DNA of 64,000 nucleotides from Elusimicrobiota bacterium (lineage in GTDB: Bacteria > Elusimicrobiota > Elusimicrobia > UBA1565 > UBA9628), in assembly GCA_027451985.1 (NCBI GenBank), contig DAIDHS010000005.1, positions 267 through 64,266 of the forward strand. Reading direction: 5' to 3'. The notes beneath the pieces were generated by a model. The model ran no database searches, was not told the DNA's origin, and was given only the letters and a program-made list of their open reading frames with translations. The translations under genes and the position numbers were made by a program. Shown here in pieces: positions 30,113-38,359 of this stretch (positions are counted from its first letter, which is position 1; each line of letters opens with the position of its first letter).

Positions 30113-30394
30113 ATGAAGCTGTTTCTGGCGCATTGCGGCTTTTACGATCAGACTTTGGCCGAGGGTGGCCGCAATATTTTCGAGAGCCACCATAATTTTT
30201 ACGTCGCAGCCTCGGATGCTGCGGAGGCCAAGGCCCGGGTGAAGGAAAAAGCCCTCTTTAAGGACAAGAAAATGCATGTCGACGGCCTGCATGAAATTTC
30301 TGCCGTCGACGGCTACCGCGTCGTTCTCGAACCTGAGGCCGCGGCCGGCGGCGGTGTGCGCTCCGTCAGTTACGACGAGGCAAGGTCGCTTTAA
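30113..30394 (+). CDS. DUF1543-like small protein
   Basis: Starts [12 protein letters not shown], with [39 protein letters not shown], and a GGAGAAAAGG-type RBS upstream of ATG 30113. The family call rests on remembered motif pattern only. Confidence 0.5.
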   Translation: MKLFLAHCGFYDQTLAEGGRNIFESHHNFYVAASDAAEAKARVKEKALFKDKKMHVDGLHEISAVDGYRVVLEPEAAAGGGVRSVSYDEARSL

Positions 30395-30417
30395 GCCGTG
30401 TTCTGGGGGATAAACTG

Positions 30418-31170
30418 ATGCCTGTGCTGGCGCCTCTAATCGTTCTGGTCGGCCTGATCGCCGTTTCCGTCAAGATTGTGGCGGAGTACGATCGCCTGGT
30501 CATCTTCGTGCTAGGGCGCATCTGGAAGGTCGGGGGCCCTGGCCCCTGCGTGGTCGTTCCGGTGCTCATGAGCGCCCAGCGGGTCACCATGAGGACGCTG
30601 GTGCTCGAGGTCCCGCCGCAAGACATTATTACGCGCGACAACGTGTCCATCAAGGTCAACGCCGTGGTTTATTTCCGCGTCATCGACGCGGAAAAGGCCG
30701 TGTTGCAGGTCGAGAACTACGCTTACGCGACGAGTCAAATCGCCCAGACCACTCTTCGCAGCGTGCTGGGCAAGATGGAGTTGGACGACCTTCTGGCCAA
30801 TCGGGACAAGATCAACATGGAGCTCCAGCAGATTCTGGACTCCCACACCGAGCCCTGGGGCGTCAAGGTCTCCAACGTCGAGGTCAAAAACGTGGACATC
30901 CCGGCCGACATGCAGGGCGCCATCGCCGCCCAAGCCGAGGCCGAGCGGGAGCGGCGCGCCAAGATCATCCACGCCGAGGGGGAGCTGCAGGCCTCGGAAA
31001 AGCTCAGCCAGGCGGCCGAGGTCTTGTCCGCCAACCCGGCGTCCATGCAGCTGCGCTACCTGCAGACCCTTTCCGAAATTTCCACCGACAAGAACACCAT
31101 CACCGTCTTTCCGGTGCCCGTGGACATCCTTTCCTCGTTCATGGACTTCGTTAAGACGAAGAAAGGCTAG
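30418..31170 (+). CDS. SPFH/Band-7 (stomatin-like) membrane protein
   Basis: N-terminal TM, then [19 protein letters not shown], a [16 protein letters not shown]-type motif, and an [12 protein letters not shown] coiled coil. Confidence 0.85.
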   Translation: MPVLAPLIVLVGLIAVSVKIVAEYDRLVIFVLGRIWKVGGPGPCVVVPVLMSAQRVTMRTLVLEVPPQDIITRDNVSIKVNAVVYFRVIDAEKAVLQVENYAYATSQIAQTTLRSVLGKMELDDLLANRDKINMELQQILDSHTEPWGVKVSNVEVKNVDIPADMQGAIAAQAEAERERRAKIIHAEGELQASEKLSQAAEVLSANPASMQLRYLQTLSEISTDKNTITVFPVPVDILSSFMDFVKTKKG

Positions 31171-31183
31171 GAGGCCGCGCGCG

Positions 31184-32284
31184 GTGCAGCCGAAGCTGGG
31201 CCTTTACGTCCATATCCCCTTCTGCTCGGTCAAGTGCTTTTACTGCGACTTCGCGTCCTATGCCGGACGCAGGGACGTTGCTGCGCGCTACTTGAGCGCC
31301 CTCAAGACCGAGGCGGCCATGCTCGGGCCGCGGACGCCCGACACGCTCTATATCGGAGGGGGCACGCCGTCGGAGTTGGACGCAGGGGACATCGACAAGC
31401 TTTTTTCGCTGATTCACGAGTCTTATCCTAAATCGCGCTTCGCCGAAGTCACCTTCGAGGCCAATCCGGAAAGCTTGAGCGAAGAAAAGCTGGAGGTCTT
31501 GAAGCGCTGGGGGGTGTCCCGCCTGAGCCTCGGCCTGCAGACCACCGACGCCGCCCTGCTCAAATCCATCGGTCGGCGCCATTCTCCAGAGGACTTCTTC
31601 TCGATTTTTCGCCGGGCCCGCGCGCTGGGGGGCTGGGCCATTTCGGTCGATTTGATGTACGGCCTGCCCGGCCAGACGGCGGCCTCGCACCGCAAGAGCC
31701 TCGAGGACGTCCTGGCGCTGGAACCGGAGCACCTCTCTCTTTACGGCCTTCACGTGGAGGACAAGACGGTCTTCGGGCGGCGGAGCGTGGAGACGGACGA
31801 GGATTTGGGGCGCGAGATGTATGAAACGAGCCTCGACCTCATCGAGCGGGCGGGCTTAGCCCGCTACGAAATCTCCAATTTCGCCCGGCCGGGCTTCGAG
31901 TCGCTCCATAACGCCATTTACTGGCGCGACGGGGAGTATGTCGGCCTGGGCTGCGGCGCGGCCTCCCACTTGGACGGCGTGCGCGGCTCCAACACGCCGG
32001 CTCTTATCCCCTACTGCGCCAAGATCGAATCGGGAGTCCGTCCGACCGTGGAGCAGGAGTCGCTCTCGGGCAAGGAAAAACTGGGGGAGAGAATTCTTCT
32101 CGGCTTGCGCTTAGTCGAGGGCATCGATTTGGAGGAGCCGGCGCGGCGCGAGTTCGCTAGGGAGTGGAGCGAGCTCGAGGATCTGTGCTTGGTGGAGCGA
32201 GCCGGATCACGCGTGCGACTTTCTCGCGAGGGCGTGTTTTTGGCCAACGAAGTGTTCTGCCGCTTCGTTTCGCCTTTCACCTGA
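31184..32284 (+). CDS. hemW: Radical SAM heme chaperone HemW (HemN-like)
   Basis: Motifs are LYVHIPFCSVKCFYCDF, LYIGGGTPS, EANPESL, RLSLGLQT and DLMYGLPGQT. Confidence 0.85.
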   Translation: MQPKLGLYVHIPFCSVKCFYCDFASYAGRRDVAARYLSALKTEAAMLGPRTPDTLYIGGGTPSELDAGDIDKLFSLIHESYPKSRFAEVTFEANPESLSEEKLEVLKRWGVSRLSLGLQTTDAALLKSIGRRHSPEDFFSIFRRARALGGWAISVDLMYGLPGQTAASHRKSLEDVLALEPEHLSLYGLHVEDKTVFGRRSVETDEDLGREMYETSLDLIERAGLARYEISNFARPGFESLHNAIYWRDGEYVGLGCGAASHLDGVRGSNTPALIPYCAKIESGVRPTVEQESLSGKEKLGERILLGLRLVEGIDLEEPARREFAREWSELEDLCLVERAGSRVRLSREGVFLANEVFCRFVSPFT

Positions 32285-32299
32285 GCGCTTGGAGACTTT

Positions 32300-32707
32300 A
32301 TGAGCGAAAACAAGACGGACGGAGCCGGGAAAAAGAAAGTTCTCATCATCGACGACGATGAGATGATCCGGGTGACGCTCAAGATCGCCCTGGACTATGC
32401 GGGTTTCAAGTCCTTGGATTCGGGCGACGCCGCGGGCGCACGCGACCTGGCGGAGAAGTCCTCGCCAGACGTCATCCTGCTCGATCTTTATATGCCGGGA
32501 ATCAACGGTATCGAGATACTCAAAAGCCTCAAGGCGGAGAAGGCTACCGCGCGCATCCCCGTCATCATCTTCACCGGCTCAGGCGAGGTCAAGGACGTGA
32601 TGGAAGGCATCAACGCCGGGGCTTTCGACTACATCGTCAAGCCCGTAGATTCCAAGCTCCTGGTGGAGAAAATCCGCAAGGCGCTCAAGGTCAGCCCCCA
32701 GCCATGA
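32300..32707 (+). CDS. Single-domain response regulator (CheY-like receiver)
   Basis: Motifs are KVLIIDDDE, DVILLDLYMPGINGIE, VIIFTGSG and YIVKP. Confidence 0.85.
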   Translation: MSENKTDGAGKKKVLIIDDDEMIRVTLKIALDYAGFKSLDSGDAAGARDLAEKSSPDVILLDLYMPGINGIEILKSLKAEKATARIPVIIFTGSGEVKDVMEGINAGAFDYIVKPVDSKLLVEKIRKALKVSPQP

Positions 32708-35415
32708 GCCTGGACAAGGCCTACGCGCCCCAGTCCGTCGAGGAGCGCTGGATATCCGCTTGGAAGGAGGCCGGTCTCTTCTCTCCCAAGCCGGATTCCG
32801 TCGCCGCGCCGAAGTTCGTGGTGGTCATCCCGCCCCCGAACGTGACGGGCGCGCTGCACCTGGGGCACGCGCTCAACAACACGCTCCAGGACGTCCTGGT
32901 CCGCTGGCGGCGGATGTCCGGAGATAAGACCTGCTGGATTCCAGGCACCGATCACGGCGGCATTGCGACGCAAAACGTCATGGAGAAGCAGCTCAAGGCC
33001 GAGAATTTGTCTCGACACGACTTGGGCCGCGACAAATTTCTGGAGCGCATGCAGGAGTGGACGCGCGAGTGCAAGAAGACCATCTTAGGCCAGTTGGAAA
33101 AACTGGGCTGCTCGCTCGATTTTTCCCGCGAGGCCTTCACCATGGACGAGGTGCGGGCCCGCGCCGTGCGCGCGGCCTTCAAGGCGCTCTGGGACAAGAA
33201 ACTGATTTATCGCGGCCGCCGCATGGTCAACTGGTGCGTGCGCTGCGGCACGGCTCTTTCCGACATCGAGGTGGAGTATGAGGAGCGGAAAGGGCGGCTC
33301 TGGCACATCCATTACCCTCTGGCCGATAACTCGGAGGGCGTGGTTGTGGCTACGACGCGTCCGGAGACGCTCCTGGGCGACACGGCCGTGGCGGTCAATC
33401 CCAAGGATGCGCGCTACGCGCATCTAGTCGGCAAGAAGCTGCGGCTTCCGCTTCTGGGGCGTGAAATCCTGGTCGTGGCCGATGAGGCCGTCGACATGGC
33501 CTTTGGGACCGGCGCGGTCAAGGTGACGCCGGCCCACGACCCGGCTGACTTCGAGATCGGCGAGCGGCACGGACTGCCTTCCATTGCGGTCATTGCCTTC
33601 GACGGCCGCATCTCGGCCGAGGGCGGGCTCTACGCGGGCTTGTCCCGCGAGCAGGCGCGCCAGAAAATCGTCGAGGACTTGAAGGCCTCGGCGCTTTTGC
33701 GCAAGGAGGAGGACTACAAGCACTCGATCGGCGTCTGCTACCGGTGCGCGAGCCCCATCGAACCGCTGGTATCCCTGCAGTGGTTCGTGCGCATGAAGGA
33801 TTTGGCCCGCCCCGCCTTGGACGCCCTGGACGGCGGCCGCTTCGTCATCCATCCCAAGAGCTGGGCCAAGCCATACAAGGACTGGCTCTCGGGCATCAAG
33901 GATTGGTGCGTCTCCCGGCAGATCTGGTGGGGGCACCGCATCCCGGTCTGGTACTGTCTGGACTGCAACGACGTGTCGAGCCGCCCGTTCCACCAGGCGG
34001 AGGATTTAAAAGGCGTCGTTTCCGACGCGAAGCCCGCGTCCTGTCCTTATTGCTGTTCGACGAAGGGAAACTTTATGCAGGATCCGGACGTTCTCGACAC
34101 CTGGTTCTCCTCGTCTTTGTGGCCGATGTCCGTCTTCGGCTGGCCGGAGAAGACGCCCGATTTTGAGGCCTACTACCCGACGTCCGTTTTGGTCACGGGA
34201 TACGAGATTCTTTATTTGTGGGTCGCGCGGATGCAGATGATGGGTCTTGAGTTCACCGGCCGCCCGCCGTTTTCGTCGGCCGTCATCCACGGCATCGTGC
34301 GCGACAAGAGCGGGCGCAAGATGTCGAAGTCCCTGGGCAACGTCATCGATCCTTTGGTGGTGATGGCGAAGTTCGGAACCGACGCGCTGCGCTTTTCCTT
34401 GATGCGCGACGCCAGGCTGGGCAAGGACATCCACTTTTCAGAAGACGGCGTCACCGGAGCGCGCAATTTCGTCAATAAAATCTGGAACACGGCCCGCTTC
34501 GCGCTCATGAATTTGCCGGAGCGCCCGGAGCAGGCTTACTCTCTCGAGACCCTTGAGCGCGAGTCCTTGGAACTCGCCGATCGGTGGATCTTGTCCCGCT
34601 ATGGGGCGCTCGCCGAGGACGTCGCGGCCAAGATGGGCGCCTACCAGGTCGCGGAAGCGGCCGAGTCTATCTACGGATTTATGTGGGACGAGTTTTGCGA
34701 CTGGTACGTCGAACTGGCGAAAATCAGGCTGGGGAGCCAGGACGAGGGCGAGAAGGATTCCTGTCGGGCTATTCTGGCGCACGTCTTGAACGGGACGCTC
34801 AAGTTGCTCCATCCCTTCATGCCCTTCATCACGGAGGAACTCTACGCGCAGTTGAAGCCATATGTCGGCGAGCGGGCTGACTTTCTGCTGGACGCGGGCT
34901 TTCCCGTGCCGCCGCCGCAGTGGCGCGATGCCGAGGCCGAAGAGCGCATGGCCGCCGTCATGGAGATCACGGGTTCCATCCGGGCGGTGCGCGCGCAGTT
35001 GAACATTCCGCCGGGGCTTCGCATCCGCGCGGTGGCCGTGGGGGGAAGCCCGGAGATGCGGGCCTTGGCTCGCGAGCGGATGGATTATATCCTGGTCTTG
35101 GCCAGACTTGAAGATGTGGAGTTCCCGGTGGGATCCGAGGAGCGCCGGCCGCAGAGCGCCACGGCGTTGGCGCGCGGCATGACGTTTTTAATTCCGCTTG
35201 CCGGCATCATCGATTTCACCAGGGAGCGCGCCCGGCTGGAAAAGGAACTGGTCAAAGCCGAAACGGAGATCGAAAAAATATCGGCCAAAGTCGAGAATCC
35301 TAACTTTCTCAGGCATGCCGGCGCGGACGAGGTTCAAACGGCCCAGGCTCAATATCGGGCGGCGCTGGAAAAAAAGGCGCGCCTCAAAGAGACGCTGTCC
35401 GCAGTTCTGAATTAA
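32704..35415 (+). CDS. valS: Valine--tRNA ligase
   Basis: 903 aa with PPPNVTGALHLGHA (HIGH), KMSKSLGN (KMSKS), an editing domain, and a C-terminal coiled coil. ATGA overlap with the upstream regulator. Confidence 0.95.
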   Translation: MSLDKAYAPQSVEERWISAWKEAGLFSPKPDSVAAPKFVVVIPPPNVTGALHLGHALNNTLQDVLVRWRRMSGDKTCWIPGTDHGGIATQNVMEKQLKAENLSRHDLGRDKFLERMQEWTRECKKTILGQLEKLGCSLDFSREAFTMDEVRARAVRAAFKALWDKKLIYRGRRMVNWCVRCGTALSDIEVEYEERKGRLWHIHYPLADNSEGVVVATTRPETLLGDTAVAVNPKDARYAHLVGKKLRLPLLGREILVVADEAVDMAFGTGAVKVTPAHDPADFEIGERHGLPSIAVIAFDGRISAEGGLYAGLSREQARQKIVEDLKASALLRKEEDYKHSIGVCYRCASPIEPLVSLQWFVRMKDLARPALDALDGGRFVIHPKSWAKPYKDWLSGIKDWCVSRQIWWGHRIPVWYCLDCNDVSSRPFHQAEDLKGVVSDAKPASCPYCCSTKGNFMQDPDVLDTWFSSSLWPMSVFGWPEKTPDFEAYYPTSVLVTGYEILYLWVARMQMMGLEFTGRPPFSSAVIHGIVRDKSGRKMSKSLGNVIDPLVVMAKFGTDALRFSLMRDARLGKDIHFSEDGVTGARNFVNKIWNTARFALMNLPERPEQAYSLETLERESLELADRWILSRYGALAEDVAAKMGAYQVAEAAESIYGFMWDEFCDWYVELAKIRLGSQDEGEKDSCRAILAHVLNGTLKLLHPFMPFITEELYAQLKPYVGERADFLLDAGFPVPPPQWRDAEAEERMAAVMEITGSIRAVRAQLNIPPGLRIRAVAVGGSPEMRALARERMDYILVLARLEDVEFPVGSEERRPQSATALARGMTFLIPLAGIIDFTRERARLEKELVKAETEIEKISAKVENPNFLRHAGADEVQTAQAQYRAALEKKARLKETLSAVLN

Positions 35416-35427
35416 GGCAATTGCCGC

Positions 35428-36312
35428 TTAGGGCTGAGGGGCAGGGTAGTAAATCTGCAGGTTTCCACGGCGGTCGACGCGCAGGCCCAGGGTGAGGCCG
35501 TTTCCAGAAGCATTTTGATCCGAGGACTCCTCTGCGGGCGTCGAGACAAGAATCTGCCGCGTGCCATGGGGAATTCTGCTTTCGAAAAACTGGAATCCCT
35601 TGGCGCTGTCCCCGTCTTTATACAGGAAGACGATGGAGCGTTCCCCGGTATAGCCGCCGAAGTCACCGGAGGCGTTTTGGGTGAAGTCCCGGTTATAGAA
35701 AACCCGGTAGTCCTGGCCCGCGATGCGCACTGGATATCCGGCCTCGTAGGCGTTCTCGACGATCTGGGCAATCGTGAATGCGGAGCGCGGGCCGTGCTTA
35801 GGCGAAAGGATCACGTCGCTTTGCATGGGCGATAAAATCTTCGCCTCAATGTAGACACTGTAGGGTTGGCCGTTGATCCATGGATGGAGCGTTCCGGACC
35901 AGAACGGCCAGTGGTGAATCATCTCCTTGCCGCGCGCCAAGATGGGGTTGGCGCTGTTTTCCGGCCAGAACCCGAGAAACCACGAGTTCTGGAGGCTCTT
36001 GATCCCGAAAACATGCACGCGCACGCCGCCCGACATGAAGATGCTGTTGGTGTTTTTAATAGCGTCGAGAATCCGGGGCAGAGGAACCTCGGTAAGCGGC
36101 CTCTGCGCCGCGGTCAGCGGGACGTCGTGAGGCTGCGAGAGGGAAATCTCCGCGAGCCTTTGGCGGAAACGGGCGACGTTGATGGGGTGCTGGGAAAACC
36201 CTGCTTGGGCCTGCAGCGACTCAAGCGCGGCAAATCCGGAAGGCTGTGCCGCCGCCGCAAGAGGCAGACAAGCGCAGGCCAAGAGTCCCCAAACCGCTCG
36301 TGAAATTCGCAT
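35428..36312 (-). CDS. Hypothetical secreted protein
   Basis: Signal peptide MRISRAVWGLLACACLPLAAAAQP. I chose the third in-frame Met of the track ORF as the start. I did not recognise a family motif. Confidence 0.5.
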   Translation of the reverse strand: MRISRAVWGLLACACLPLAAAAQPSGFAALESLQAQAGFSQHPINVARFRQRLAEISLSQPHDVPLTAAQRPLTEVPLPRILDAIKNTNSIFMSGGVRVHVFGIKSLQNSWFLGFWPENSANPILARGKEMIHHWPFWSGTLHPWINGQPYSVYIEAKILSPMQSDVILSPKHGPRSAFTIAQIVENAYEAGYPVRIAGQDYRVFYNRDFTQNASGDFGGYTGERSIVFLYKDGDSAKGFQFFESRIPHGTRQILVSTPAEESSDQNASGNGLTLGLRVDRRGNLQIYYPAPQP

Positions 36313-36424
36313 AGAGGCATTATGCCTCATGTCTTCTCGCGGGCGCATGGGTCGACGGGGCCGCGCGGCCAGGCCCGAAGGGCCTAGAATGGAGTGGAAT
36401 GTGTTCCGCTGAAAGCAAAATCCG

Positions 36425-36498
36425 AGGTGCGAACGGGATTCGAACCCGTGAATAACGGTTTTGCAGACCGTCCCCTTGGACCACTTGGGTATCGCACC
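36425..36498 (-). tRNA. tRNA-Cys (anticodon GCA)
   Basis: The minus strand reads GGTGCGA...ACGGT-CTGCAAA-ACCGT...ACGGG-TTCGAAT-CCCGT-TCGCACC-T. It forms a cloverleaf with anticodon loop CU-GCA-AA and a T-loop TTCGAAT. CCA is not encoded. Confidence 0.9.
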
Positions 36499-36555
36499 AA
36501 AAAATGGGGGAAGACGGCGGATAGTTTACAATTTTTTTGAACGGCCGGCGGCGGC

Positions 36556-37566
36556 CTAAAGCCCGCGGGCCCGCACATCGTGTATTTGGATCATGCCCAC
36601 GGAGCGCCGGGCTCGATCCACGACGGGAAGGACGTTGAACGGATTCCTGCGGTTCTCCATGAGCGCGATGGCCTTGGATGCGGGCTGGTTTTCCTCGATG
36701 GCGGTGGGACGAGGGTTCATGATATCCCGGATATTTTTGGAGAAAATGTTTCCTCCTGCTTCCAGCGCCTTGCGAATGTCATAGTCCGTCACCAAGCCGA
36801 TCAGATGTGCGCGCCTATCAACGATGGCGGCCGCGCCGGCCTGCTTTTGGGTGATTTCCAAGATCAGACTCTTGACGGAGGCGGTCGCCAGTACGCGGGG
36901 GTTGGCGTCGCCGCCGCGCATGATGTCACGGACGCGCAGAGTCAGCCGACGGCCCAGCTGCCCTGCCGGATGGTTTGCCGCGAAATGCTCCGCTTTGAAG
37001 TTTCGGCGCTTCATGAGCGCAATGGCCAGGGCGTCTCCCGCGGCCAAGGCCGCGGTCGTGCTGGCGGTGGGCGCCAAGTTCAAAGGGCAGGCTTCTTCGA
37101 TGGCCGGCATCTCCAGCACCACGGCCGCGTGTCTGGCCAGGGTCGAGCGCGGGTTCGCGGTCATGGCGATGAGGCGCGCGCCGATGGAGCGCAGGGCCGG
37201 CAGAAGCCGGTTGAGTTCCTCCGACTCCCCTGATTTCCCGATGGCTAGGACCAAATCCTGCTTTTGAATGAAGCCGAGCCCTCCGTGCAGCGCGTCGCCT
37301 GGGTCCAAGTGGGCTGCCGGGGTTCCGGTTGAAGATAGCGTCGCCGCGATTTTCTGGGCGATGAGGCCTGATTTTCCCACGCCCATGACCACAACCTTGC
37401 CGCGGCAGCGAGCCAAAAGCTCCACCGCTTCGGCGTAGCTACGGCCGATGGAGCGCCGCAAAAGTGCCAGAGCCCTGGCTTCGACGGCGATGACCCGCCG
37501 TATTTCTTGGCGCGCCGCGGCGCCGGAAGGGCGTTTTTGGGGCATCGTGCGCATAGTGTAATCCAT
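36556..37566 (-). CDS. kdsD: Arabinose-5-phosphate isomerase (KdsD/KpsF/GutQ family; SIS plus tandem CBS)
   Basis: Motifs are VVVMGVGKSGLIAQKIAATLSSTGTPA, AIGKSGESEEL and LAPTASTTAALAAGDALA, followed by CBS repeats. The start was trimmed to ATG 37566; 37554 is also possible. Confidence 0.85.
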   Translation of the reverse strand: MDYTMRTMPQKRPSGAAARQEIRRVIAVEARALALLRRSIGRSYAEAVELLARCRGKVVVMGVGKSGLIAQKIAATLSSTGTPAAHLDPGDALHGGLGFIQKQDLVLAIGKSGESEELNRLLPALRSIGARLIAMTANPRSTLARHAAVVLEMPAIEEACPLNLAPTASTTAALAAGDALAIALMKRRNFKAEHFAANHPAGQLGRRLTLRVRDIMRGGDANPRVLATASVKSLILEITQKQAGAAAIVDRRAHLIGLVTDYDIRKALEAGGNIFSKNIRDIMNPRPTAIEENQPASKAIALMENRRNPFNVLPVVDRARRSVGMIQIHDVRARGL

Positions 37567-37597
37567 TGCCTCGTCCGACCGCAAGGCGGGGCCTTGC

Positions 37598-37627
37598 TTG
37601 CTCCTGCGCCCTTCTTCAAGGTAAGGT
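37598..37627 (+). promoter_or_regulatory. Sigma70-like promoter in the kdsD-divergent intergenic region
   Basis: TTGCTC, an 18-nt spacer, then TAAGGT. The ATG at 37639 lies 11 nt downstream. Confidence 0.3.
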
Positions 37628-37638
37628 AGAATTAAAAG

Positions 37639-38283
37639 ATGCCCCAAGCGATATCCGGCGAATACGTTCATTTGCGGCGGGGAATCATTACGGCCCGGGA
37701 GCGCTTCGATGTGCGAGAAGACGGCGGTTGGAGAGTGTCCTGCGCCCTGGATTCTACCGATCCGAAAAAGCCGGAACACCTTGAGATACAGGCCTTTTTT
37801 GCGCCGGATTGGAAAATCTCGGAGTTGGAAGCAAGGCGCAAAACCTCCGCGCTTCAAATATCCATATCATCGTGCCGATGGCGCGAAGGAGGATGGAGCA
37901 CCGTTATTTCCGGGGGCGGTCAAAGCCCCAGGGACGTCCATATTCCAATGGTGGAAGGCTTGGAGTTGTCCTGCACCCTGGCGTTTTTCGACGGTCTACT
38001 TTTTCGGCGCTTGGGGCTTCCTCCGGCCAGCCAGGTGCGAGCCGAGCTTCTGGGTTTTGAGACGGAGAGCTTGGAGACGGTGCAGACCTACCGCATCATC
38101 GAGCGGCTCGATGACGAACGCGTGCGCTGGTCCGGGCAGGACATAGCCGCCGGGCGCTATCGCGTGACCGATCCTTCGGGAGTGACGGAGGCCGTTTGGG
38201 TCCACCCGGAAGGCCTATGCCTGTTTAGGCGCGCGGAAGACGGCGGAGAACGCTACCGGCTCCTTGGACCGAACAAAGCTTAG
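37639..38283 (+). CDS. Hypothetical protein
   Basis: A 214-aa ORF with normal, non-shadow composition and no recognised motif. It is transcribed divergently from kdsD. Confidence 0.5.
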   Translation: MPQAISGEYVHLRRGIITARERFDVREDGGWRVSCALDSTDPKKPEHLEIQAFFAPDWKISELEARRKTSALQISISSCRWREGGWSTVISGGGQSPRDVHIPMVEGLELSCTLAFFDGLLFRRLGLPPASQVRAELLGFETESLETVQTYRIIERLDDERVRWSGQDIAAGRYRVTDPSGVTEAVWVHPEGLCLFRRAEDGGERYRLLGPNKA

Positions 38284-38290
38284 AAACTCG

Positions 38291-38320
38291 TTGCTCGACG
38301 GGAGCGCGTTTCTGTAGAAT
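38291..38320 (+). promoter_or_regulatory. Sigma70-like promoter at the head of the radical-SAM array
   Basis: TTGCTC, an 18-nt spacer, then TAGAAT. It lies in the only AT-rich gap (38284-38359) upstream of the array. Confidence 0.4.
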
Positions 38321-38359
38321 ACCCAATCGCTGACAACCGACAACATAAAACGCCCTGAA

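Noticed and set aside
35416-35425. The perfect palindrome GGCAATTGCC, lying in the 12-nt gap between convergent valS and the secreted-protein gene, as a bidirectional terminator.
   Set aside because: A 5-bp stem with no loop and no U-tract is too weak to call a terminator.
36371-36385. The hairpin AGGCCC-GAA-GGGCCT downstream of tRNA-Cys as an intrinsic terminator.
   Set aside because: It has a 6-bp stem but no following U-run on the minus strand. It remains plausible but is not supportable from the sequence alone.
36349-36555. tRNA-Cys (and the tmRNA at 8804-9159) as integration sites marking the rSAM region as a genomic island.
   Set aside because: I found no integrase, no transposase, and no direct repeat of the tRNA or tmRNA 3' end. 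The array also lies on the 5' side of the tRNA-Cys, not the 3' side where islands usually insert.
38284-38359. A cobalamin riboswitch upstream of the B12-rSAM-containing array.
   Set aside because: The leader is only about 40 nt after the putative -10 box. It contains no B12-box-like GCCACTG element or extended structure.
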